Position numbers and translations under genes: made by a program | Shown: one piece after another, positions 28,701 to 40,900 of the stretch | How the letters are laid out: every line of letters begins with the position of its first letter | Position numbering within the stretch: the stretch's first letter is position 1 | Notes under the pieces: generated by a model | The model's input: the letters and a program-made list of their open reading frames with translations, nothing else | Told to the model about the DNA's origin: nothing | Database searches by the model: none | From: Chlorokybus atmophyticus | Taxonomy: Eukaryota > Plantae > Mesostigma and Chlorokybus algae | Length of the DNA: 64,000 nucleotides | Direction: 5' to 3' | Assembly: GCA_009103225.1 (NCBI GenBank) | Contig: RHPI01003508.1 | Coordinates: forward strand, 1-64,000

Positions 28701-29165
28701 CAGTCTACCCCTTTTAAGACATGCTGTTTGTTTTTAAAGATAGTTTGCTCCTGGCGGGGTTATGCTCTTGACGTTAAAAAGAGCATAATATGCTCTTAAA
28801 CATTGGAGCATTTGTATGCTATAAAGCAATTCAATACGCCCATCACGCCCATCACATCACGCGCATTACGTCACGTATCATGCCATCACGCTAATTACGC
28901 TAATTACGCGTGACACTGAACCCATCACGCCTTGTCTATCGCACTCATTACGCCTGATGACACACCCGTCACGCGCTACTCCCTCAATGTTAAGAATACG
29001 CACACTGACATTTGCAAAAATGTCATGAAAAATAATATGCTCTTCGCGGTTAGTCATATTCTCTTAAGCACCAACATTTGCCTGTAGCATCGTTGGTGAT
29101 CTCAGAACGTATGCTACAAGCGGGGTTATTCTCTCGGAGCAAAGTTTTTTAGCGGGGGTGGACTG
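28701..29165. mobile_element. MITE B, TA-flanked, same TIR family
   Basis: TA|cagtctacccc ... gggggtggactg|TA; internal aagagcat/atgctctt palindromic motifs and an ATCACGC/ATTACGC short-repeat array at 28835-28980. Confidence 0.72.
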
Positions 29166-29325
29166 TACAACGCACACATAACGCATATGTGCGCCGTGCA
29201 TGTTGTGCTCAAAATGAATGGATTCTTTTATTCATGCGCATGTACTTTGTGCAATTGCACGATATGGGCTTTGGAGGTTGAGATTTGTTTACCACAAATC
29301 GAATGGCCGATAGCTGATACACGTC

Positions 29326-29469
29326 GCATAGCCAATGAGAGGCAAGCGGGCTGCTCGGTATGCGCGCGGCAGGCATGTAGTCTCGGGTGCTGTGTGTGAT
29401 GGCCCTCAGTGCGCGTGATGTGTCTTTGTGCCTTAATGCCGTCCTCCCCGGCCGGCCGGCCGGCCCAAT
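29326..29469 (+). promoter_or_regulatory. CCAAT-box/GC-rich module, copy 2, upstream of the IQ-motif gene
   Basis: Contains agccaatgaga, cccaatc and cgcccaatc; lies about 420 bp before ATG 29887. Confidence 0.5.
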
Positions 29470-29886
29470 CCCGCCCAATCAGCCGCACCGCTAGTTACAT
29501 TATACTCGATATTTGCCAATGCTTATACTTAAACCGTATGCTACTCGCAAAGTGAGACAACTCACCGTAGCCTACTTGCATATTTAAAGACATGGACTGA
29601 GGACCTGGAGTCCATGGACCTAGGACATGGAGTCCATGTCATGGACTGAAGGCATGGCAATTATAGATATCGCGCGCGGCAACGCAATACCGGATGCACT
29701 AGTAGCAGCCACGTGATGCTGCTCCCTGTCACGGCGTTGTCGCTGTAATCGTCATCGTCATCGTTGGCGTCGTCGTTGGTGGCAGCGGCGGGCTTGCTGA
29801 CAGTATCAAAATGTGAGGCTGGAAGAAAAGAACGCTGAGAGACGATCTTTACCACCGGATCGCAGTTGTATCAGATATATATCAGA

Positions 29887-31804
29887 ATGGCGGTGGACGT
29901 CACAGAGGTGAGGGTGCTGAAGTTGACTTGAGCAATACATATCAGCCATTCGACTCACGCCTACTTGGTTGTTGTTGTTGTTACTGTTGTTGTTGTTGCT
30001 GATGATTTGTTGTTGTCGCCGTCATTGTGCATTCTGCTGTCGCTGTTGTAGTGGCTGCTGTTGTCGCCTTTGTTCACGCACGCGCACCTTCACTGCTCAA
30101 TCCTTTCAGCTTGGTAATCATCCAACCCTTCCACATCTGATCATCATCGACTGTTTGCTGTGGTATGTGCGGGACCAGGTGCAGATTCCACAACCCAACA
30201 CCAAAACCTCACAAGAGGATAACAGCACCACTGAACTACCCACTACATCCGGCCGCCAGCAGCAGTCCAGAGACAGAGACAGAGACAGAGACAGAGACAG
30301 AGACAGAGACCTTCCGATCCGCCCCAGTACCAACACTCTCTCCCCACACATCTCGTTTGTGCTCCAACATCTGTCCTTGTCTCACATGTTGTGTCACACA
30401 CACAGCAGCTTCAAGAGGGGATTATTGGGAGCTGTTGGGCGAGCTCAAAGCCCGCGAGGCCGATCTGATCCCCAAGCTTGAGCGCGTCGTCACGCCGGAG
30501 TGGCTGCACAACCTGGGAAGGAGGCAGATCGTACTGCTCATCGCCGAACTACTACAGGTGATAGGGGGATGGCTCACGTGTGCGAGTGCACGTGCGCGCA
30601 TGCTCACGCATACACACTCGTGTCTGCTGGTGTACGTGATTGATACGACACTTCATGGGAGTCGTACTTAGTAATGTGTATGATCACAACCATGGCAGTT
30701 GAGCGCGAGGACGGAAAGGGACAGGGAGCGACGATGGGAGGACGCAGTGAGGCTGATGCTGTCGAAGCAGAACGAACTGCGAAGCCACGCATTGACTAGG
30801 TGAAACACCTTGTCAATGACTGCATCCACACGCGTGCACACGCTCCACATATGTACTCGCACGTGCATACCCTCCACGTAGGTCTGCATACATGCGTGCA
30901 CACACGCGTACGCATGCAAGCATAGTGCACAGTCTCATGCACAGGTATGCGCGCGCGCGCACACACACACATGCAAGTACGCATGCTCGCGCACATGTAC
31001 ACACATGCAAGCACATACGAGCACACGTACTTCCCTGTTCCTAAGCAACCATCATACCCAACCACTATACTGCACGCAGGCAGGCGGAGAAGATCAGGAA
31101 AGAGTGGGCCTGGTTGTTGGCGCGGCGGTCCAGGAGAGGCGCGGGGGCTTACTACGAGGCCTTGCGCAGGGACGCTGCCGCCCGCGTCATCCAGAGGCAT
31201 GCTGTTGTTGTTGGGTCGTACGCGCGCATGCACTCATCAACACATACCCACAGAATTACAAGCATGGGGAGTGTACAGATGTGTGATAATGGTTGGTGAT
31301 GCGGTGTTTCATGAATAGGTGTTATAGGAGGTACGTCATAGCGCGAAGCATGGAGAAGGAGAGAAAGGCCAGCAGGCAACAGCGCTGGCAGGCCGAACTC
31401 ATTATGGCCATGCAACAACGCCTCCAAGTAACGATCAACTGCCATACGAACATGAGCAATGATCTCTTATGTCTTATGCCTAAATTGGACGTATGCTTAT
31501 GTGCACTCTGCACATCTGTTGATATGCGCATATGCTTGTATTGCAGCAACCCCTGCTGGCAGCGAAGGTTATGAGGGGTTTACACCGGTCTTCACACGGT
31601 CACACTCATCATCCACCTTCAAGTGGGAGTGGCCATGGTAATCCTATCAACAGCAGTCACGACAACAACAGTGCTTCAGTCACGGGGAAAAAGCAGCAGA
31701 GGAATGCTGGTGAAGGCGTCAATAAGAGAGGAGAGCAACAGAAAAACAGCAGTGTCAACAGTGTTGGCATTGCCAGAGCGTCATCCGGCAATAAGGGGAA
31801 GTAG
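29887..31804 (+). CDS. IQ-motif-containing coiled-coil protein of unknown function, multi-exon
   Basis: Exons splice as MAVDVTE | ...ASRGDYWELLGELKAREADLIPKLERVVTPEWLHNLGRRQIVLLIAELLQ | LSARTERDRERRWEDAVRLML | RQAEKIRKEWAWLL...AAARVIQR | CYRRYVIAR (IQ motif) | QPLLAAKVMRG...stop at 31804. The 5' exons are uncertain. Confidence 0.65.
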
Positions 31805-32072
31805 TGGTGAGTTGGTCATTAGTACTTCTGGTAGCGTTCGAGCTGCTCTGTTGCAGAAGACATAGACACATTCTGAACTGCGTGTTGGTCAGCGCCTAAT
31901 GAGGAGCCTTGATGTTGTTATCAAGGACTAGCGCGTGGCATGATGCTTACAGTTACGTTGCCTTACGTCTGCATAGAACAGCGCTCTTATTTTACACAAG
32001 AAGTAGGCAGCAACCAGCACTTGCTGCATAAACACTCCCCTAGCCTCAGTCAAAGATTTGAATCATTGTCAG

Positions 32073-33352
32073 TCAAGCTATATGTGGCCTGTTTGCATAT
32101 CCTCCTCCTCCTCCTCCTCTTTGTGTTGATGACTGGGGTCTCAGCCCCACCGTGCGCGTGTAGCTGGACAGCAGCGACATGAACGCAAACATCACCGAGC
32201 ACGCCACCTGTAAATGCGGGGTGTTTTTGTAGAGTTGATTTGCGTGGGCAAGAAGCCAGGTCTGTCATGAGCTCGTGCGTTGTGATTGTTGATCAACACC
32301 AAGGACAACGTGTTGCAAGACAGCATGGATCTGAGCGGTGAATGAACAAACATGCAACGAAAAGCGCGTTCTGGGGTAAGTAGTGGTTGCTTGCTGAAAT
32401 TGGGAACCTTCATGTTGGGTAAACATGCATGAAAACTTGAGGGAACCCACAACTGGCAGATGAAGCCAGCATGGGTGCATGGTATGTGTATATATGCATG
32501 TGTGCACGATTGTGTGCGCAAACGACCGTGCAACTGTGTTCGTGTTCGCGCGCGCTTGCGTGCGTGCATGCGTGCGTGCGTGTGCGTGTGCGTGTGCGAA
32601 AGCAGTCTCACCTGTTTGACATCCATTTCCGACTTGCGCAGCCGAGCGCACGAGCTCATGACGGCCAGCAGGGATACCCAGCAACCCAGCTTCACCTGTG
32701 TGTCATTGTTGTTGGCCGATGTGTTCATGCATGTGGGTATATGCATATACCTACATGCATGAACATGGTGTAAAGGCCTATATAAACTGCACAATTTCCA
32801 CCACACTCGGCAACACCAGCATATCAGTAATGACGGCAAGCAATGGATATTATAATTACAACAATTGCCTGGACGCTGCACGCTGTGCTTTGAAAGTCCA
32901 ACAAGTCAACTGATGCGCAGAGAAGGCGTACATGTCGGTATGGACCCAGTGCAATAACAGTAAAACCACTCCAACAACAGTACCAACAACACCCACCACC
33001 TACAGTTGGAAACAAGGTTGAACGTTTAAACGCACACACAATCAAACAAACATACGCACGCTCAGAGGCAATACAAGTTAAAGGTATAATAGACCCCTTG
33101 ATAATCCAACAGTACAAAAACACAACATCCCAAACGCTCCAACAAACACATCCCAGTCACACAACTACAAAACCACCCCTCCACCTTGAGCAGCATCCCC
33201 ACGAGTCCCGCCACCAGCCCGACGATGCCCGCCACGTCGATCGGCAGCTCGTCCTGCGGGATGGGCTTGGGCCGGAACTCCCGAGCAAGGGAAGGGGAGC
33301 GGGGGTCCGCCGCCGCCGCCGCCGCCGCCGACGAGGAGCGGGGAGGCGCCAT
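32073..33352 (-). CDS. WDR83OS: PAT-complex subunit Asterix (UPF0139), 3 exons
   Basis: Exons 33352-33185, 32695-32612 and 32207-32073 give DPRSPSLAREFRPKP...PIDVAGIVGLVAGLVGMLLK|VKLGCWVSLLAVMSSCARLRKSEMDVKQ|VACSVMFAFMSLLSSY, matching the Asterix family pattern. Confidence 0.85.
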
Positions 33353-34051
33353 GGAGAGGGACACAGCGAACTGCAGTGGCTGGGTGCAATTCGTGTTGTG
33401 GGGCTGCCTCGGTAAGTTACACAGGCTTAGTTGTCTCAGGTCTCGTCACTTTGGTGGGTCGAAAGTCTTAGGGAGAATGCGAGCGGCCTGAACTACAAGC
33501 CACGACATAAATAAACATACCGTAGTAAGAGGCGCAGAAATGACAATGACTGACCACACAACACACGTTTTAAGTTGATAATTTCAGTACTGTTGAGTTG
33601 TATATGTACCAACAGAAATGCTCGCCCTGTCTCAAAGGGTTGCGTTGCAGTCTGCAGAGACAACGTGCTTATGCTTGCCATGTATCTGCATTACCAGTTC
33701 TCTGCATAATAGTATAAAGACTTGCACATATGATCCACACATCAGGTAGCTAGTTTCTGCAATTTATCCTGTGCATGCGCGCGTGCACGTGCGCAAAGTT
33801 ATTGATTGGGCATGTATGGACAACAGTCACGCACAGTCAGTCAGTAAGTTGCGTATGCACCAACACTACTCACAGCAGTTTAGCATTTTCGTAATACACA
33901 CTGCTTGTCTCGACAATTGCGTCACGTGCAACAACACTGCTAGCAGCTGGTTAGAACACAACCAGAGTGGTATAGCTAAGCTGCAATAATTGTTCAAATC
34001 ATCAAACACCAACTAAGCGCAGTCCTGTACCTCTAATACATCAAATACAAT

Positions 34052-37000
34052 TTAAAGTCCTCCTGACTCTGCTAAACACGTATCGATATGCATGTTCATG
34101 GTATCGTTGCTCGTGCCGGCTGGAAATCTCAAGTGGCACAGCGGGCATTCGGGTGAATGCGAAGCAGGTTGGACAACAGGATTGGGGCGCATGTCAACAG
34201 TAGTATGATCGTTGACCATCTCAAGGCCAGACCCGTCGGGAGCCAGCTGGTCCGGTGCGGACCTGTGCTTGAAGTTGCCAACATTGCGCTGGTGGGCTCT
34301 TCTGCGCCGCCACAACACGAACAACAACAACAGCAATGCCATGCCAACAATGGACCCCACGACGGCGCCAACAATTGCACCAACATGCGATGAGGATGAC
34401 CCTGAGAATGTCAAGTACCCGCCTGACTCTGATACCACTCTGCTGGAGTTTGCAACAGGACCCGGTTCGGTTAACACCGAACATGAGGCTGTGCTTGTGT
34501 CTGATTGAACTTGCAACTGCGCGGCTCCCTCCAGATAGCAATAAGGGTCTCCAAATCTCTGGTAGCCCTGTGATTATTGATGGTGAGCGGCCAGAAGACA
34601 TACAAGTGTGCTGGCAGTATCGGTTGGGTGGGTGCCACACACACTCACCTGATAGTACTGGTTGAAGATGGCATTTGCGTTATCCAATGTGCACGCTGTT
34701 GAACTACATGGTATCCCGCCTGTGCTCGTATCACAGGCCTTTGCAATACCCTGCAGCATATTCTTTGAGTGATGTATATCAAGGCTTATGGGCATGACGA
34801 CACTTGCACGATGGTGAGTAAGGACGACACAATGAGGTCAGGCCACTAAGTGTACAAGCTGTGTACTTGCACAACGCTTGTGAGAAACATGTTTGTGTCA
34901 TGAGTGAAAAGCATTTGCACTCTGGAGCACACTTACCGCACACAGTGTGCTTTCGGGCACATCCATACGGGCAACGCACTTCACAATGCCTCCAAGGGCC
35001 CCAACGCCGCCGCTGATCCCAAAACAGTTCTGCAAGTCACTGCCACTTGAGGTGCCTTCGTCAGACCGCTGCAACCACAACCAAAGCGTATGCAGAAAGG
35101 TCACTTGCTAGTGCATTACCCAACATCAGCGTACACAAATGTTTTTGTGTTGTCCACACACTGCCACCCCAGCGGAGAGGCAATGACGCGAATGGCAACA
35201 ATGGTCACCTGATATACGCGAACATAGTCCACAATCATGTCTGGTTGAGGCCATGTAGTACTTTGGGTTGGCTGCTGAGCATCTGTTAAAAACTTACCGC
35301 CTGCATCAATGCCAATGAGCTGTGGCTGCAACATGCAGTCAAGCAGTTCCAACACGCAGCAGTGGCTCACGAAGCTTACCTACGGCAACATTCAACAGCA
35401 GATGAAAGGCTTCATTGAATGGAGCACCAAACTGGCTTCCATAAGGGTTCTTGGGTGGGTATGATACACTTGGGTCCTGCAATGTGTGTTTATCAATGTG
35501 TTGCAAACGGCATGACTGAACACAATGCACTGTTTGCTAGCAATGCCAAAGCACACAATTGTAAGAATTTGCAAGCACTGGCGGAATTGTTTACAAACCT
35601 GTTGAAATCCGCTATTGTAGAATGAGCGCGCAAGACTTTCTGTATAAAAGATGACGTTGTCCACAGACCACGTCATCTGATCTTGGCCCCACTCCAAGGC
35701 AAACACATGGAAGTCTTTGGAAAAGTCATTGACACAATGAAAAGCGGTGGGGCCGGCACCAACACTCGTTACATACGGATACACATCTCCGTACCAAAGT
35801 GTTCCTTGCACAAAACCAGGCTCGTTTCCTCTGTGCAGCCAACAAACAAGATGAGAAGAGAACAACCCCTTGCACTTCAAAGATAATGAAACCGACTGCG
35901 TGCATGTTGTATGTATATGTTGCACACGTTGCACGTGTGCGTGCGTGAGTGGGCGCGCTTGTGCGCGTGTACATGTGTTTATGCACGTGAATGAGCGCAT
36001 GCCAATGCACTGCAGCACTTGAAAAAACAACGTACCGCATCTCCATGATGTCTATTTCGCCTGATGCTGCCCATGCACCATACACTTGCTTGGTTGGCAG
36101 CATCCATATGGCAGGCCAAAGGCCATCAGCGTGTGGTAGCAATGCCCTGATTGCAATGCGCCCGTACGTCCACGACGCAGAATTGTAATCGGAATGAATG
36201 CGTCCTGATGTGTAATCGCTCTGAACACCTGACCCATTCGTATATGACTCGCGGATTGGCCTGATCACCAGGACACCATTGTCCTGGCAGCAAAACACAC
36301 ATGCTCATCAACATTCAGTTCAGCAGCAATGCGTGTTCAAGTATGGTTTAATGCCCTCCGGCCGTGCAGGTGACAAGCAACCCATCTTAAAACCATTGTA
36401 TTCATGTTTTGTAGCACTTGTTCGCAACCAATGGCTGAAGTATACTAGGAACAACCTTCTGCGAAAAAACGCAGAAAAACTCACCTTGTCTACGAAAACG
36501 TTATTGGGCGAGTCTGTGTAGCACTGCAGTTCCTGATTGCCACCACCATCGCAATTCACCTGATTATAAGGCAGATAACGAATAAAAGTAGAGAGATATC
36601 AGCTATTCGTGAAATAATATTGTCAGCTGTAGTGCAACAGCCTAAGAGTGAAACATGAGGCCACTTGCGACAATCCTTACGATTAGTCCACTTACAGACG
36701 CAAGCAGTCACATGCACAGAGTGGAAGCACTACAATTTACAATCATCAGTGACGAGGCCGACATGGGCAGGCATTACGCTGCACACAACAGCAGCACATG
36801 CCTGGCAGAGAACCGTTCGCATAACGAAGCTGTACGACAGGGTATGTGCATGACATTCAGGCATTCAGGCAGCAGAACCAGCGTGAAGAGTACTTAATAG
36901 CGCATGTGCACCTCATAAGTCCATTTACTCCTGTCCAGGCTCCCGCTACCGAACTCGTCGCTCCAGACCAGCTGCCATGGACATCCGCCACCCGGGGCGG

Positions 37001-37112
37001 GGCTGCTTGAGTCCACTGCGGCTCCCAGAGCCGTGCATATTAGCCCCGCCAACGACCCCCAGGATAACAACGCCACCGCCGCAACCAACCGCATGCCACA
37101 CCCACTGCACAT
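34052..37112 (-). CDS. Type-I membrane protein: signal peptide, GH16 laminarinase-like beta-1,3-glucanase, X8/CBM43-like module, TM helix, cytosolic UBZ-like zinc finger; 9 exons
   Basis: GH16 motifs WQLVWSDEF, GGGNQELQCYT, YTSGRI, GLWPAIWMLP, WAASGEIDIMEMRG, FHVFALEW, PFNEAFHLLLNVAVGG, MIVDYVRVYQ. X8-like KCVARMD...TLCA|GIAKACD...PCSSTAC...ANAIFNQYYQ|...ASC. TM VGAIVGAVVGSIVGMALLLLLFVLWRRRR. C-terminal ECPLCHLRF...MNMHIDTCL. Confidence 0.88.
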
Positions 37113-37927
37113 GCCCACCTCTCGCTCCCTGTGCTCAACCTCAGCATGGGCTCCTTAGCAGCTCGCCCGCCATCAAGTCAGCTTGAAGCCCTCCGTGGCA
37201 ACGACAGCAAAGGAACCAAACCTTATCCGACGTGCCAAAGCAGCTGCAGACACGCTGAATGACGACCACGACGACCGCCACGACGACACTACGCAAGGGA
37301 ATGTTGGCAAAGGCAGTGCCCCTGCACTCGAGCATGCGGCTGCCCGGCTGCACTTACCGCGGAGCGACCGCAGTGCGCAATGCTCGTGCGCTGTAGGGAT
37401 TTCTTGCTCTGCGCTTCGCTGGGGCCGGTTGCACTGAATCGTCATCGCTAACTGCATAGCCCTTTATATCAATCTCATGTAGCCGTGGCTAGTTGGCTAA
37501 GCGGCTTAAGCCATTGGATATCGGTTATATTCACGGTTAGAACGCTCCACCGTGCGCACGCGTCAAACATTCAGGAGACGATGCTGCGACGGAGTGGCAA
37601 ATGTCGGCTCATAGGCGACAGGCCAGCCGATACGCCGCCTGTCGATTGTCGGCGCATAGAAGCTCTTCCCCGAGTGAGTTATTTTCAGGCTTGTAACAAC
37701 CTACAACGAAGCGGTGACGCGCACTGTAGTGGTTTGGCAAAGGCCACAGCCGGGCAAACGGCAAAACCCTAACTCTAGCTGGTTGGTGAATCTGGCGTTG
37801 GCAACAGGCTTGAGGAGGTGGCGGTGAAGGCGGTCGTGGATGGCCGGATCGGCGGCGGCGGAGCTGTGAGTGTGCTTGGATGTTGATACCCTGCGCCTAA
37901 GGGGAAGCTGCGGGTCATCTGAGCACA

Positions 37928-40900
37928 ATGTCGGACTCCAAGTACTTCACAACCACCAAGAAGGGCGAGATTCATGAGCTCAAGCAAGAGCTTAACACGC
38001 CCAATCGGGTATGTGCAATGCTGTGTCAAATGGACGTGCCTTTGCCCAACGGGTGGTTGACACGGGCGGATTGCGGTTGGGCTGCAAACATACACACATT
38101 CATCACCGCGTGCATAGCTGCATGCGTTGCAAATCCGACAATTCGGGGTTACTGTTTTGGACGATTGGTGCGCATCAATGACCATTGCCGCGCAAGATAA
38201 TCACTATGTCATCGTGCTACATTTGCTACGTTTAATCCTAAATCAGCCATGTTGGTCACAATCAGCCACAGTTTTTCGGTGTGGTTTGCATGGCGACTGT
38301 TGTTCAACGCTTATGCCGTGCAACCGACTGTTCAACCGACTGTTGCAAGAATGTTTCATAAGTCACTTCTCCACGCATTAGTCAGCTTCGCCACGTAGGA
38401 GAGGTGCCAGACTTCACCCATGTACACGATGATGCCGAGATGTTGGTTAGTTGTGCGTAGTTGCCTTTCTCTGCTGACTGGCCAATGCAAGGGTTAAATC
38501 GCAGTTTGGTGCACACAAAATTATCAGTTGTGCCATGAGTCGTGCACCTATTGTGTGCGATATGAAGTCGAGCAACACAACTTTGTCTACACATGGGGTA
38601 GTCAACACCAAGTTTCATGGCAGCCCATACTTGACTGTAATACTATGACAGCAAGTATTTACAGGAATAATTGCAATGCAAAGGGAGCTGACTTTATTGG
38701 CTGCGCAGGACAAGAAAAAGGATGCCGTCAAGAAAGTCATTGCAGCCATGACCGTCGGCAAGGATGTGTCCATGTTGTTCACAGATGTAGTGAACTGCAT
38801 GCAAACGGACAACTTGGAGTTGAAGAAGCTGGTGTACTTGTACCTCATCAACTATGCCAAGACACAGCCCGACCTAGCCATACTTGCCGTTAACACCTTT
38901 GTCAAGGTGCGGTTGGTTGACCATGGGGGTTGCTTTGGTGATGGGGCCACATGCATCCACTGTAAAACACAGCACTGAGTAAGTTTCTATTGCCACTAGT
39001 GCCACTAGTGTTGCAGTCCTGGATGGCGCATGCTTTGTAAACCACAGGGCTCAGGATTGCCAATGAACCAGTTTTGCAATGCTGATTTGCGATGGCATCT
39101 ATGTTGTTACCGTTTCAAGTGCGCATAGATGATGGGCCTGGATGCGTATCCATTGAACCACAGCACTTAGTAAATGGCCAGTGTTACAACACTAAGTTGC
39201 AATTGCATCCATGTTGTAACTGTATTCAGTGCCAATGTCATGTCCTGAGTGCGATTGTGCGTCAATATAAGCTCAGCCGCGCACATGCCATTGATGCAAA
39301 CTCCCATTACAACTGCTATTGCAAACAGGACTCCCAAGACCCAAACCCTCTGATCCGAGCTCTGGCTGTGCGTACTATGGGGTGCATTCGAGTGGACAAG
39401 ATTACAGAGTACCTCTGCGACCCATTGCAGCGGTGCTTGAAGGTGACTTGTATCTCTCGCTGCGATGCAGTAGTATGCGAGGTTACGAAAGCCCATTGTC
39501 AAGCCAACACCATTACCTGCATTCTCGCCAGCATGCACTGGCTGATGTTTCTACCATTCGCAGGATGATGATCCGTATGTGCGGAAAACAGCAGCTGTCT
39601 GTGTTGCCAAGCTGTATGACATTAACCCGGAGTTGGTTGAGGACCGTGGCTTCCTCGACACGCTGAAAGACTTGCTGAGCGACAGCAACCCTATGGTCGT
39701 GGCCAATGCAGTTGCATCACTTGCTGAGATCCAGGAGATATCCTCGCATGAGATCTTCCAGATCACCGCCCACACCTTGTTTAAACTCCTGGCGGCTCTC
39801 AATGAGTGCACTGAGTATGTGCTACGTCTTAATTTGCCTAGCAGGAAACCAGATTGCAGATCGATGTTGTGAAACTTCGCAGTACGGTGCTTGAATTTTT
39901 GTTTCACTTCGCAGGTGGGGTCAGGTGTTCATCCTTGACGCTCTTGCTGGATACCAGGCTCGTGATGTCAGAGATGCAGAAAGCATTATCGAGCGTGTTA
40001 CTCCACGTCTTCAGCATGCAAACTGCGCGGTACGCTGTCTAGCGTTGTACTGGACACGCACTTGCATGCCCTAATATCAAATTGCCAAGCCTAACCTTTG
40101 ACTGTGCAGGTGGTTCTGTCCGCCGTCAAGGTTATCATGAAGCAGATGGAGCTGATAAAGAATGACGACATTGTGCGCCAGCTGTGCAAGAAGATGGCAC
40201 CACCACTGGTCACCCTGTTGTCTGCTGAGCCGGAAATCCAGTATGTGGCGTTGCGCAACATCAACTTGATTGTGCAGAAGCGGCCCACAATCCTCAGCCA
40301 TGAAATCAAGGTTTGCATTTGGCTTGAGCTGTGTTGTGCATGATTAGTATTGACCGATAAAGTTCTTGGCCACCAGTGTTGCATGCCAACTTTATCTGCT
40401 TCTGCAGGTGTTTTTCTGTAAATACAATGACCCCATCTACGTGAAAATGGAGAAGCTGGAGATCATGATCATGCTTGCCAATGAAAAGAACATCGACCAG
40501 GTACAGAATGTTGCTGTGTGGCGTTGACATGGTTTGGGTTGTGATTCAGCGGCGCTTAACATAGGTGTTGTATCATACACATCCTAGACTCACTGCATGT
40601 CGTGCAAATGCCAGGTGCTGCTTGAGTTTAAGGAGTATGCAACTGAGGTGGATGTGGACTTTGTGCGTAAAGCTGTACGCGCCATTGGTCGCTGTGCCAT
40701 CAATCTTGATCGGGCAGCAGAACGGTGCATCACTGTGCTGCTCGAGCTCATTCAGACCAAAGTCAACTATGTCGTCCAAGAAGCTATCATTGTTATCAAA
40801 GACATTTTTAGGCGATACCCCAACATGTAAGTGCACCCATGGGCTACTTGCGCTACAATAACCTAGAGCACTGCACCTATGTTTGGTTCTTACAAGCGCC

